A stretch of DNA of 45,075 nucleotides, taken from the IMG/VR virus record IMGVR_UViG_3300045988_034500; one strand, given 5' to 3'. Below are positions 34,902 to 45,075 of the stretch, piece by piece. The number at the start of each line of letters is the position of its first letter. The first letter of the stretch is position 1. Origin of the DNA: a virus. Under the pieces are notes generated by a model that was not told the origin of the DNA, searched no databases, and saw only the letters and a program-made list of their open reading frames with translations. The position numbers and the translations under genes are program-made.

Positions 34902-37900
34902 ATGATTGAACAGAAATTTGCAAGTGCAGGTGGTGCTTCGTTTGTTAATCCTTATCATGGGACGAGCGATCAACTGTACACGCCTACGGATTACAGCGAA
35001 GTAGCTCAGAACTTGGGAAAGCTCTTTAGCACTACGTATAAGCAAATCCAAGACAATGCCTTTAGACAGGGGCAGATTGATCAGATGGCTAACGCTGTGG
35101 ATACTGATCGTTGGCTCGGTAAGGATCAGTATCTCAAGGGAGCCAAGTACGCAAAGGCTCAGATTGATCTACAGACTGTCATTGGTAAAGCACAAGACAT
35201 TGTGAACACAGCCATTGCTAATGGCAAGGGCAGTGAAGAGATGCTGGAAGAGATCAGGAAATCTCAAGAAGGTCTCTTTAATGTTGCTACTGAGCTTAGG
35301 GGTACGAATCCTTCTGCGGCTGATAATCTGATTAACCAACTTAATAATGTTCAGGGTGCGGCTGTAAAGAACCATGCTGAGCAGATGGTTGCTAAGACTA
35401 ATGAGTACCGTATGAACGGTGACTACATGAGCGTTAATTCGTTTCTTAGTAACTCTGCTGAGTCTGCTAGGCTTAGCAATCAGGGATTTATCCTTGATGA
35501 AGAAGCTACGTACAAGGGTCTGAAAGCCCAGATCAATGCTCTTGACACCAATGCTACGGTAATGGGAGTTGATAAACTCGAGTATCGTAGTCAGATTCTT
35601 GGTGGGTCTTTCAAGAACATGCTCACTAATGCCAAGATGGATTCTCCAGAGGCTGTGGGTCTTGTGAACAGTATGGCTCGCACCATGGATAGCCTCGTTA
35701 AGGATGGGTACATTGATCCTAAGACGAGTCTTGGCATCAAGGTGTTTGCTGAGAATAAGCTCGGGGAGGCTAGACAATACTACATTGCTCAGGCTAGTAT
35801 TGTAGCTAATAATCCTGAAATGGTGTACACTCCTGAACTGGAACATCAGTTCAGTGGTATGCTTACCACAATGAAGGCTATGGGTGTTGAACCTATGACG
35901 CTTGCTAGTCTCCTGAATGGTTTTAGTACAAAGAAGGCTAAGTTCTTGAAGGCTGATGGTAATGCCAAGGCTTCTGGTATGGCACCTCTTGCAGGAAGTC
36001 CCGGTAGTGAGTCTTGGCGTAAGGGCCTCGCTCAAGAAGTTCTTAAACAACATAAAGCTATTGCAGCACAGACAGGTACTACTGTCAGTCCGCAAGAGGT
36101 TTCAAAAGACATCATTACACAGATGTGTCAGTACTCTGACTTCAAAGGTTCACACAAATACATTGAGGGGCTTGCCACTACTCTTACCAACGGTATGAGT
36201 GCCTCTGGTGACTTCTTCAGTGACAATGTGGCTCATACCGCCATGGTTCTGAATGGACTCATTAATTCTGATGATCCTAACATCAGAATGACTGTAAGAG
36301 ATCATCTTGGTCCGAAGCTCAGTATCTTCTTGGATCAACAGCTTATCCCTGCAATTCAAGCAGCCAGTGCTGCTGCAGGTGATAAGAAGCCAGAAGTCAT
36401 CAAGGAGATTAACAACAAGCTCCATGAGGCTTGGAGTAATCTCAACAGCGGTAGTACGTACAAGCTCGGTGATAACATTACCGAGGACACTAAGATCGCT
36501 CATTGGTTGGGTGAAGGTGTAGCTAATAAGTACACGTTCTTTGGCTATGGCTTTGGTGGTCTTGGCTTCAATGAGGGACTTGCTCAGGTTCTTGCTCCTA
36601 CCATGAAGGCATATACGCCTAACATCACTTCCATGCTTCAGAGCGCAGGTACTACGCTTATGGAAGGTAAGGAGCTTGAGACGCTTCAGGCTGTCGGTGT
36701 TGTACAGTCTCTGAATGACGGCTACACGATGATCTCTCCTAATGGTAATGCACCCATCTTTGCTATTCTTGGTAGTGATGGTAATACCACTAGAGAGTTC
36801 ATTCCTGAAGTTCTTCAGAGTACCCTTACTGAGCTTGCCAAGAGGCAGAACATTGGTCTTGGTGATGTTACTAGTACGTTCGGTAATAGTGACGTTGCAC
36901 TGTTCCTGAATCCTGATACTGGTGGACTTGAACAGGTGTTTGAGCCTGCTGATTCTGGTATGCCTGCTAGACACAGGTACACCAACAGGGAGGTGCTTGA
37001 TCTCTATGATAAGCTCAAGGACGATTACGTTGCTCAGAAGCAGGAGGCTGCTAGTTCTAAGATCGTGTCTGCTGAGGATCTCAGATCTAGGATTACGGAG
37101 TTCGAGGATAGTGACTTCTTGGATCCTGAAAGTGTAGAGAACATCAAATCCAGTGGTAACATCATGGATGTTGGCAAGGGTGAGTTCGTGTTCGTTACTG
37201 ATCCCGATAAACTTCAGAGCCAGTACAGAGAGGTTAGTAATAACTTTGTGAATATCGGCGAGGCTCTTAAGACTGCATGGGATGCTTCCAGAGAGAGCAT
37301 CGGTGAATCTTATGATAGTCTCGATATTGACGCTCTTGCTAAGGGTGCAGAGGATAAGTTCGTTGGTGCTTCCAAGACTATTCAGTCTATTGGTGCAGAC
37401 ATCAAGAACTCTGACATCCCTGCTGAGGTTAAGCAGAAAGCTACTGATATTTGGGATTGGATTACTAATCCCGAAAACACAGCTCAAGTGCAAGACTTGC
37501 TCGCTGAGGCTAATGAGAACACTGTCGATGCCATTAAGCTCGTAATGAGCAAGGCAGGTGATTACCTCAAGGAGAAGTTCAAAGCTCCTGAGTTGAACCT
37601 TGCTATGGATGCGTACAACGCTCTTCAGGGTGCTGAGGATGGTTTGTCGTTCATTGGACAGCATATCTTGAACAGAGTGCGTCATGGGTTCTATGGTCCC
37701 AATGGCAAATACTATCCGCCTCTGAATCAGAGGGATGCTGATGTCATTGAGAGATTCATGGCTAATCCAGAGGGTGTAGGTCCTCTGTATGCCAATACCC
37801 TTGGCAATATCTATCGTAGATATGCTGTGGATGCTATTGGCTTATTCGAGAATTTGATGGATATTTCAAATAAGAACGTTACGCCTGTTAAGGTGAGTAA

Positions 37901-38468
37901 TGGTAAGAACGGCTTTGAAACGTTCTACACCACGGGAGCCATGTCTGGCTCTGTGTTTGGTCAGGCTCTTGGCAATATCGTTATGTCCGAGCTTGCCAAG
38001 GAAGAAGGCATGCTCCTGAATTGGACTGCTACTAATCCGAAGGTTACAAAAGACCCTGTGATCGGTATTGGTTACAAGCGAGGTTACCCTGCTTGGGATA
38101 AGCGCTTTGAAGCCGCTGAGGGTGATGCTATCGCTCTTAGTAGAGTTACGTGTGAGTTCGCTACTTGGTACTTCAACAACATTCCGACCAAGTTCTCTAA
38201 GGCTACGGGTACGGATTGGGAAAGGGCTACGACTAATCCTATGCTGTTGCCTGTGATCGTTGCGACTACTGACTACTCTTGGCACGCAGGACGCAATGCC
38301 AATGGGTACTACGAAGCCCTTGAGCTTGTGAAGCAGAATAAACTTGATGCGGCTATGGATCGACTCAAGGCATCTGCCCCGTACAAGCAGAGTGGCTTTG
38401 GTAGAAAGATGAAACTTGAACACGGTCTCAGGGCGTACTACAAGTTCTGGCACGAGACTGAACACTAA
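34902..38468 (+). CDS. internal virion (ejectosome) protein (gp15-like)
   Basis: 1188 aa. Position in the structural module. Confidence 0.6.
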   Translation: MIEQKFASAGGASFVNPYHGTSDQLYTPTDYSEVAQNLGKLFSTTYKQIQDNAFRQGQIDQMANAVDTDRWLGKDQYLKGAKYAKAQIDLQTVIGKAQDIVNTAIANGKGSEEMLEEIRKSQEGLFNVATELRGTNPSAADNLINQLNNVQGAAVKNHAEQMVAKTNEYRMNGDYMSVNSFLSNSAESARLSNQGFILDEEATYKGLKAQINALDTNATVMGVDKLEYRSQILGGSFKNMLTNAKMDSPEAVGLVNSMARTMDSLVKDGYIDPKTSLGIKVFAENKLGEARQYYIAQASIVANNPEMVYTPELEHQFSGMLTTMKAMGVEPMTLASLLNGFSTKKAKFLKADGNAKASGMAPLAGSPGSESWRKGLAQEVLKQHKAIAAQTGTTVSPQEVSKDIITQMCQYSDFKGSHKYIEGLATTLTNGMSASGDFFSDNVAHTAMVLNGLINSDDPNIRMTVRDHLGPKLSIFLDQQLIPAIQAASAAAGDKKPEVIKEINNKLHEAWSNLNSGSTYKLGDNITEDTKIAHWLGEGVANKYTFFGYGFGGLGFNEGLAQVLAPTMKAYTPNITSMLQSAGTTLMEGKELETLQAVGVVQSLNDGYTMISPNGNAPIFAILGSDGNTTREFIPEVLQSTLTELAKRQNIGLGDVTSTFGNSDVALFLNPDTGGLEQVFEPADSGMPARHRYTNREVLDLYDKLKDDYVAQKQEAASSKIVSAEDLRSRITEFEDSDFLDPESVENIKSSGNIMDVGKGEFVFVTDPDKLQSQYREVSNNFVNIGEALKTAWDASRESIGESYDSLDIDALAKGAEDKFVGASKTIQSIGADIKNSDIPAEVKQKATDIWDWITNPENTAQVQDLLAEANENTVDAIKLVMSKAGDYLKEKFKAPELNLAMDAYNALQGAEDGLSFIGQHILNRVRHGFYGPNGKYYPPLNQRDADVIERFMANPEGVGPLYANTLGNIYRRYAVDAIGLFENLMDISNKNVTPVKVSNGKNGFETFYTTGAMSGSVFGQALGNIVMSELAKEEGMLLNWTATNPKVTKDPVIGIGYKRGYPAWDKRFEAAEGDAIALSRVTCEFATWYFNNIPTKFSKATGTDWERATTNPMLLPVIVATTDYSWHAGRNANGYYEALELVKQNKLDAAMDRLKASAPYKQSGFGRKMKLEHGLRAYYKFWHETEH

Positions 38469-38480
38469 TAAGGATAAAGG

Positions 38481-41400
38481 ATGTTCCCACAAAAATACTC
38501 AACGGCAGTCCCCGATATTGACTTCGGAGTGGGGACTCCTTCTACTGGGGAATGGCAGGGCGTTACGTCCTCGTATTCCCCCGCTACTTACTCCAAGCCT
38601 GAACATAACATTGATATGTGGCAGGCTTTCAAATACTCGTGGCTGTATGATAGCATGAGTACCGCTCTGTACAATAGAGCAACTAAACCTAATCGTCTTG
38701 ATCAGGCATACGTAGACAGCGGTGCTAACAACAAGTTCATGGAAGAGATGAAAACTACCTACGGTAGCAAGCTCAACGAAGCCATGCTTGATGAGATCAA
38801 GAACACTAGATCCAAGGAAGACGAGGACCATACTAGAGCTACTATTCAACATAAGCTCTTGTCTGAAAAGGCATGGAAGGATCATCCTGTCATTGCCTTG
38901 GGTGCGCAGTTCGTAGCTCCTGAGAACATTCCTATGTTTTTTGTAAATCGAGGGGCTCTTGCTGCAAAGCTCGGCGGTAATGCTGTTAAATTCGCTCAAT
39001 GGGTTGAGAAGGGCATGCATCCTGCGGCTAGGAATGCTCTGTACTGGGGTGGTGCAGGTGCCGCTCAGGCTATCCCAGGAGTTGCTTGGAACTATGATAA
39101 TCCGAATGCAATCCTCCTCTCCGCTAGCATCGGCGGTCTCCTCGGCGTTGGTATGTCTGCAGGCATGTCCGCTAATAAGGTCTTTGCAGATGCTCCTAGA
39201 CGCGCATACAAGGCCTCTACGGGGTCCACGACCCCTCTCAAGGGGGTACCTACTAGAAAGGCTTATGCAGGCACTCTATCGCTCTCTGATGACCTCAGAG
39301 TGGCATCTGATGGGGATAGGCTCGATGAACAGCTCCTCGGTGCTGCGCAGTTCGGACATGCAGCAGACAGTGGTTCTGCGGCGGCTATGCAGGATGCCCT
39401 GCAGGCTGAGCTGAGCATTAAGCTCAAGAAGTTTGAAGACCTCTGTATTGAGAAGGGTCTTGCTAATGATGGCTTCTTTGAGCATCTTAAGCAGGCTGTT
39501 GGTATGGAATCTACCAATACTAGGATCCCTCTGCCTCAGAGAGAGGGGGCTCAGGCTGAAGCTATTGCGTTCCTAGGTAATACCTATCACTATAATAGAG
39601 CTGTGGCTGAACGTAAGATGCACATTGAAGCCCTCACTGATAAGATCAGTAAGCTCAAGCAGGAGTTGAAGATCAATGAAACCACCGTAACTGATGGTAG
39701 TCCTGTGTCCCTCCGTGATGAATACAATCGTTTGCTTGATGCAAAGTACAAAGCCGAGATGGATGCCTATAACAAGGCTGTAGCCGATGCTAAGAACACT
39801 GGTGCAGATACCAGCAAGCTCGCTAAACCTGAGCCCCCTGTGAAGCACTCTCTCACGCTTGGTGCTGTCAAGGTCATGGAGAAGCCTAACATTGACTCTC
39901 TTAGTCCTACCGCTAGGAAATGGGTAGAGGCTTACAGAGAATCTGGGCTTGCTACTGAGTTGGGTAATATGGTTAATCATCTCGGTAAGGATATCAGAGA
40001 AGTTGCCGTTGACGAAAACTACTTCCATACTAGGTTCTCTCTTGATAGAATTGATGAAGTAGCCAACGGTCTCCGAGAAGAAGAGTATCGTAGAGCTATT
40101 ACTATGGTGGAAGCTCTTGAGCAGAGTAGACCCAAGAGATTGAAGCACATTACGAATCAGGAAACTAAGCTCAAAAACAAGATCACAAGGCTTGAACAGA
40201 TTAGAGCTAATGTAGGTAATAATCATCCTGTTGTTGAGACGATGGAAGCTGAAATTGAACAGCTCCGAAAGGACATCGAAGTCCTTACAGCTGAATTCCA
40301 GAGACGAGATGAGTTCGTTACTAATGTTCGAACCAAGTGGGCAGATTCGTCTAACGGTCATTGGATGCAGAGAGGCTACAGACGTGTCTTCACTATGCTT
40401 GGTGAACAGATGGCTGATGACATCAAAGCTCTTACTAAGGAAGAAGTAGACGCTACTAAGATCGGTGCATTCCTGATGTCCAAGTACATCACTAAGATTG
40501 GTCATGACGATCTCAAGCAAGCTATTAGATCTACGGGTATTGAGAACGAACAGAGGCTCGCTGAACTTATTCTTGAAGTTGGTGGTGATCTTGATATCCC
40601 TAAAGATGCTTTGGAGTCCCTGAATCTGACTGCGCTTGTTGCTCAGGCTACTGAACTTAAGTCAGTTAGTAATGCAAAGATCATTGGCGAAGCCAGTGCA
40701 TTCAAACAGCGTTACATGTGGGACTACAGCACTCCCAGTAAGAGTACGGGCATTCCTCTAAAAGCTCTTCTCGGTGGTGACTTCATGAACACCGTGAATA
40801 GAAACATTCAGGAAGAGACTGGACGTATTGCTCTTAGCCATGTTCATATGAAGGATAATACTGGTGAGACGTTCTATCTCAACAATGGTTTGAATATCAG
40901 TAGAGCGCAGGACATCATCAGAGACAGGCTCAAGAATCAGGGGTATTCTGATCGTGCAGCAGAAGAAGTTGCTACTCAGACCTTCGATGCTCTGTTGGGT
41001 AGGGCTACTGGTGAAACCCTCGGTCCAGTTATGCAGGTGCTTACTCAAGTCGCTATGGCTTCACAGCTCAAGAACTCTGGTATTTATCAGGCAGTGGAGG
41101 CTATCGCCAATACTGCTCATGAATACGGTGTACGCATGTGTGTAAAGCATATGCTTCCTGCTTTGAAGATGGGTCTTGGTACGTCTAAGGTTACCAAACT
41201 GGATGGTAAGAAACTTGCCAATATCCTTGCTAAGATGGGTGCCATGGACTCTCGTATTCGTCCTGACGTGGCTGTATTGCCTGACGACATGTCAGATGTC
41301 ACTAAGAGTGCCGTAGGCAGAGGCATCATGAACTGTGCGCAGTATCAACGATGGATTAACCTGCAGGCCCCTATTCAACAGTGGCAGACTAATATGTGCG

Positions 41401-42083
41401 CAGGTATTGTTGACGAGCTTTTGGAAGATGCTCTTAAGGCTAAGGATATCTCTAAACTTGGTGAACTAGCTGAGAGCTACTCCAAAGAGGAGTGGAAAGT
41501 CATGCTCAATCAGTACGAAAAGCATGGTATGAACGTCAATGATTGGGACTACGAGATTGCTCATACGGTTCTTAAGAACAGCTTCTCCGCTATAAGTATG
41601 GTAGCTCTTAGGGCAAGACGAGGCGATAGGCCTCGCTTCTTGAATACTGCTTGGGGTAAGGTGTGCTTTGCATATCAGTCCTTTGCATGGAAGGCAAACA
41701 ATGCTCTTACCCGTAGATACGCCAATACTAGGGGTATCGGTAGTGCAGCAGGGCTTGTCGTTAGACAGCTTCCGTTGTCTGTCCTAGCCGCTATCAGTAT
41801 TCAGGCTATGGATGGTAAGGATCCCTTCAAGGACCCTGCTGCTCTTGTTGGTAAGGCAGTGAATGCTACGTCTGGGCTTGGCCTTATGACGTATATTGGT
41901 TCCTTCGCTAGTCAGGACATTGGTGGTACGGCTCCTGCATTGGGCTTCTTGAATACTACTAAGAGAGACCTCATCAACACCGCTACTGGTGATCCTATTG
42001 GGTTGGCACAGCACTTCCCACTAATCAGTGCGTTCTTACCGTTTAGAATTGGTATTGGCGCTATTAAAGGTATTTCAGAATAA
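38481..42083 (+). CDS. internal core (ejectosome) protein (gp16-like)
   Basis: 1200 aa. Position. No recognisable lytic transglycosylase motif. Confidence 0.6.
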   Translation: MFPQKYSTAVPDIDFGVGTPSTGEWQGVTSSYSPATYSKPEHNIDMWQAFKYSWLYDSMSTALYNRATKPNRLDQAYVDSGANNKFMEEMKTTYGSKLNEAMLDEIKNTRSKEDEDHTRATIQHKLLSEKAWKDHPVIALGAQFVAPENIPMFFVNRGALAAKLGGNAVKFAQWVEKGMHPAARNALYWGGAGAAQAIPGVAWNYDNPNAILLSASIGGLLGVGMSAGMSANKVFADAPRRAYKASTGSTTPLKGVPTRKAYAGTLSLSDDLRVASDGDRLDEQLLGAAQFGHAADSGSAAAMQDALQAELSIKLKKFEDLCIEKGLANDGFFEHLKQAVGMESTNTRIPLPQREGAQAEAIAFLGNTYHYNRAVAERKMHIEALTDKISKLKQELKINETTVTDGSPVSLRDEYNRLLDAKYKAEMDAYNKAVADAKNTGADTSKLAKPEPPVKHSLTLGAVKVMEKPNIDSLSPTARKWVEAYRESGLATELGNMVNHLGKDIREVAVDENYFHTRFSLDRIDEVANGLREEEYRRAITMVEALEQSRPKRLKHITNQETKLKNKITRLEQIRANVGNNHPVVETMEAEIEQLRKDIEVLTAEFQRRDEFVTNVRTKWADSSNGHWMQRGYRRVFTMLGEQMADDIKALTKEEVDATKIGAFLMSKYITKIGHDDLKQAIRSTGIENEQRLAELILEVGGDLDIPKDALESLNLTALVAQATELKSVSNAKIIGEASAFKQRYMWDYSTPSKSTGIPLKALLGGDFMNTVNRNIQEETGRIALSHVHMKDNTGETFYLNNGLNISRAQDIIRDRLKNQGYSDRAAEEVATQTFDALLGRATGETLGPVMQVLTQVAMASQLKNSGIYQAVEAIANTAHEYGVRMCVKHMLPALKMGLGTSKVTKLDGKKLANILAKMGAMDSRIRPDVAVLPDDMSDVTKSAVGRGIMNCAQYQRWINLQAPIQQWQTNMCAGIVDELLEDALKAKDISKLGELAESYSKEEWKVMLNQYEKHGMNVNDWDYEIAHTVLKNSFSAISMVALRARRGDRPRFLNTAWGKVCFAYQSFAWKANNALTRRYANTRGIGSAAGLVVRQLPLSVLAAISIQAMDGKDPFKDPAALVGKAVNATSGLGLMTYIGSFASQDIGGTAPALGFLNTTKRDLINTATGDPIGLAQHFPLISAFLPFRIGIGAIKGISE

Positions 42084-42085
42084 TC

Positions 42086-44332
42086 ATGGGTACTGTATCC
42101 TCTGAATCTCCGAAGGTGCAGTACTCTGTTCAGAGAGAGCAATCTGATGGTTCCTTGAACCGAATCTCTGTCAGAGTACCGTACTTTAGTAAAGATGACA
42201 TTCATGTGTACGTGAATGACATTGAGATCAACAGCACTGCTACTGAAGGCAGTACGTACACATGGAGATGGGATGGTGATTACATCTCCATTACTCCGAA
42301 CGTAGCTTCTGGTGAAGAAGTCCTTGTTCGTAGAATCACCCCTATTGATGAAGCTATTCATATCTTTGACGGTCGATCTGAGTTCGACGATCAGAGTATG
42401 GACGAGAACTTCCAACAGCTCGTCTACATTGCTCAGGAGTATTCCGAAGGCTCTGGTATTAAGGACGTGTTCTCCGACATTAACATGCACGGATACAAGA
42501 TCCGTAATGTCGGTTGGGCTACTGATGATGATGACGTTGTTACCTATGGTCAGTACAAGAAGGACGCTGAAGGTGCTAAGGTAGCACTGCAGAAAGCAGA
42601 GGCTGCCGCTACTAAGGCAGAACAGCATGAACAGAATACTCAGGCTATTGCCAATCAGGCACAGACTGACATTACTGCGTCTAAGGAATCTGCTATTAAG
42701 GAGATTACCGACCGTATTGCTCCTGAAGTAGACAAGGCTAGGGTTCATGCTGTGACTGCCCAGTCTGCTGCTGGTACTGCTGTCAGTGCAAGTACCAGGT
42801 CTGAGACTGTACTTCAACATGTACAGATGCTTGAGGATGAGACTGAACTTCATGCAGGTACTGCTGAAGCGGCTAAGAATCTCGCTAAGGATTGGGCTAC
42901 TAAGCTCAATGCTACCGTTGATGGTTCTGAGTATTCTGCTAAGCACTACGCTAATGAGGCTAAGAAGAGCGCTGATAAGACGGACTCTGACCTCACTGCG
43001 ATTATCAATGCTAAGACCCAGGCTATTAAGGACATCAATGCGTCTAAGACTTCTGCTGTTCAAGCCGTCACTGATAAGAGTGACGAGCAGATGGTTCTCA
43101 TTGAATCTGAGGGCGATACTCAGATTCAGAGGGTTAGAGACGAGGGTACTGCTCAGACAGGTGCTGTAGAGATCAAGGGTACTCAAGAGATCAACAGAGT
43201 ACAGGCTGAGGGCGATACGCAGGTCGCGGCTGTACAAGCTGAGACTACCAAGGTTGTTCAACAGGTTACTGCTGAAGGTACCAAACAGACTGGTCTTGTG
43301 AAGACTCAGGGTACCACTAGCGTTAATGCAGTTAAGACTCAACAGACTACCAGTACCAATGCAGTAATTGCTGAGGGTGATAAGCAGATTAAGCGTGTTA
43401 CTACTCAGGGTACGACTACCGTTGGTCTTGTGACTGCTGAAGGTACTAAGCAGGTTGATCTTGCTAAAGCTGAAGTTACTAAAGCTACCGCTCAGACTGC
43501 AGAGGCTACTCGTCAAGCTGAAAGAGCTAGGCAATACGCAGATCAAATGTCTACTGGTCAGATACAAGCTGACTGGAATGAGGCTGTGTCTACTTCTAAG
43601 GCATTCATCAAGAACAAGCCTACGCTCGGTGCCCTTGCATCTAAGGACAGCATTGCGTATAGTGAGATCACTGGTACTCCTCCTGAGCAAGATCTTAGTG
43701 GTCTTGCTACTAAGAACGAGCTTCAGACAGGTCTTGCAGGCAAAGCTAATGCCTCTCATACGCATACCACGGCACAGATTACTGGGCTTGATACTGCTCT
43801 AGCAGGAAAAGCTAACAGCTCTCATACGCATACCAGTGCTAGTATCACTGACCTGAGCACTACTTTGGCTCCGTATGCTACGACTGCTGTGATGAACACT
43901 GAGCTTGCTAAGAAGGCTCCTATGAGTCATACGCACACCATTGCTAACGTTACTGGTCTTCAGGATGCCTTGAATGCCGCTAGTACGCAGGCTTCCAATG
44001 CGATCCCTAAAGCAGGCAATAGGGGTGCTATTGCAGGCTATGAGCAGTGGACTAACGCAGGCGCTACTATAACTCTCAATGTTTCTAGTGGTGACGCATT
44101 ACTGATGAAAACTGCAGGTGCGGCGGCTACTATCAATGTGCAAGCGAGCTCTATTGGCCAGGTAGCTACTAAACTTGTTTGGGTGTCTAACTCTAATAAG
44201 AGTATCACTATTAACGGTAGTGTCGGATGGTTTGCGGGAGATGTTCCCACCCTTAATAAACGTAGTGCCGTGTTGCTGTTTTTCTTTCACGACAGTTATG
44301 CTGACTGTAGACTTATTGGCCAGTGGGATTAA
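42086..44332 (+). CDS. tail fiber protein with a T7 gp17-like N-terminal tail-attachment domain
   Basis: N-terminal roughly 150 aa match the conserved gp17 adaptor pattern. The central region has tandem repeats of about 14 aa, and there are three 22-aa repeats each containing SHTHT. Confidence 0.8.
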   Translation: MGTVSSESPKVQYSVQREQSDGSLNRISVRVPYFSKDDIHVYVNDIEINSTATEGSTYTWRWDGDYISITPNVASGEEVLVRRITPIDEAIHIFDGRSEFDDQSMDENFQQLVYIAQEYSEGSGIKDVFSDINMHGYKIRNVGWATDDDDVVTYGQYKKDAEGAKVALQKAEAAATKAEQHEQNTQAIANQAQTDITASKESAIKEITDRIAPEVDKARVHAVTAQSAAGTAVSASTRSETVLQHVQMLEDETELHAGTAEAAKNLAKDWATKLNATVDGSEYSAKHYANEAKKSADKTDSDLTAIINAKTQAIKDINASKTSAVQAVTDKSDEQMVLIESEGDTQIQRVRDEGTAQTGAVEIKGTQEINRVQAEGDTQVAAVQAETTKVVQQVTAEGTKQTGLVKTQGTTSVNAVKTQQTTSTNAVIAEGDKQIKRVTTQGTTTVGLVTAEGTKQVDLAKAEVTKATAQTAEATRQAERARQYADQMSTGQIQADWNEAVSTSKAFIKNKPTLGALASKDSIAYSEITGTPPEQDLSGLATKNELQTGLAGKANASHTHTTAQITGLDTALAGKANSSHTHTSASITDLSTTLAPYATTAVMNTELAKKAPMSHTHTIANVTGLQDALNAASTQASNAIPKAGNRGAIAGYEQWTNAGATITLNVSSGDALLMKTAGAAATINVQASSIGQVATKLVWVSNSNKSITINGSVGWFAGDVPTLNKRSAVLLFFFHDSYADCRLIGQWD

Positions 44333-44334
44333 CT

Positions 44335-44745
44335 ATGATTAGATACACGTATAAAGATAAGAAGTACACTAGTCTGTACACTCTCCGTCAGGCTATTTGG
44401 GATAACGATCACACTATCTTTGGTGATCTCACTGATGAGCTTAAGACTCGCTTTAACATCACTGAAGAAGAATACAACCCTGAAGATGATTGGTCTGACG
44501 ACCAATGGGCTGACATGGTTCGTAGAAAGCGAGACTCTCTTATATCTGGTACGGACTACTACATCCTCCCTGATTACCCCAGTACCCCTGACGGTATTGA
44601 AGCTGTGAAGCAGTACAGACAGGATCTTAGGGACATTACTCTTCAGAGTGGATTCCCTAGGAATGTACAGTGGCCTACCCTCCCGTCTGCCCTTAGTGGG
44701 GATAAGGGTTTGGCTACTGTTGGTCTAGCTAAGGTGGGAGTGTAG
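44335..44745 (+). CDS. hypothetical protein downstream of the tail fiber (possible fiber assembly or accessory protein)
   Basis: ATG 2 nt after the fiber stop. The track begins at GTG 44323. Confidence 0.4.
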   Translation: MIRYTYKDKKYTSLYTLRQAIWDNDHTIFGDLTDELKTRFNITEEEYNPEDDWSDDQWADMVRRKRDSLISGTDYYILPDYPSTPDGIEAVKQYRQDLRDITLQSGFPRNVQWPTLPSALSGDKGLATVGLAKVGV

Positions 44746-44808
44746 TATGCTCAATAATCAATCTAGGAAGAGGGTACTATGTAGAAGAAGTTCCTTGGGA
44801 GGCTCAAG

Positions 44809-45075
44809 ATGCTGAACAAGGAGCTTCTATTGGCTACAGAGAGTCAAATAGCAGGGCATATTAAGCTAACGGTCGGAGAATACTATGGCACTTTTGGGTA
44901 CTTTGAAGCCCGGGCAGGTTCTATAAATAGAATCCCAACATGGAACAAAGGAGAGAACCCTATTAAAATGCTTTCGCTACTTACTGATCCCGAAGGGCAT
45001 AACACTATTATGGATTTTTACCGACAGGTAAAAGTAAATGCTGATAGTATAACAATGACTGTTGTTGAAAAAAAG
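44809..45075 (+). CDS. hypothetical protein, 5' part (continues as 2..211 across the circular junction; full length about 131 aa)
   Basis: GGGAGG RBS 7 nt upstream of the ATG at 44809. Open to the window end. Confidence 0.55.
   Translation, partial: MLNKELLLATESQIAGHIKLTVGEYYGTFGYFEARAGSINRIPTWNKGENPIKMLSLLTDPEGHNTIMDFYRQVKVNADSITMTVVEKK

Noticed and set aside
42086-44332. Diversity-generating retroelement targeting the tail fiber
   Set aside because: There is no reverse transcriptase gene and no template/variable repeat pair anywhere in the window.

Overview
This window looks like a complete, circularly permuted genome of a T7-like podovirus, about 44,990 bp. The first 85 bp are identical to the last 85 bp, and one gene spans that junction, so the window appears to have been cut from a circular assembly. 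Gene order resembles phiKMV: an early region, then the replication module (split primase and helicase, family-A DNA polymerase, T7 gp6-like exonuclease, endonuclease VII), then a nucleotide-metabolism cluster (anaerobic class III ribonucleotide reductase NrdD/NrdG, MazG-like, ThyX), then the single-subunit RNA polymerase (RNAP, 808 aa), then the structural module (portal, scaffold, capsid, tail tubes A/B, three internal virion proteins, tail fiber). The large terminase and a lysis cassette (holin-like protein, overlapping i- and o-spanin genes) follow and probably end the physical genome. The findings ranked highest are listed here. (1) A visibly GC-rich foreign island at the presumed left end encodes a 518-aa N-terminally truncated homologue of T7 RNAP. 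Every catalytic palm motif is intact, but the promoter-binding N-terminal domain is absent. (2) Two related self-splicing-type group I introns are present. One splits the large terminase exactly at the Walker A motif. The other splits nrdD at the glycyl-radical motif and carries an HNH homing endonuclease. (3) Several repeat and hairpin arrays sit in the two large AT-rich non-coding regions, one after the lysis genes and one after the RNAP gene. These are candidates for genome ends, origins or promoters. (4) A tRNA-Arg(UCU) gene is present.
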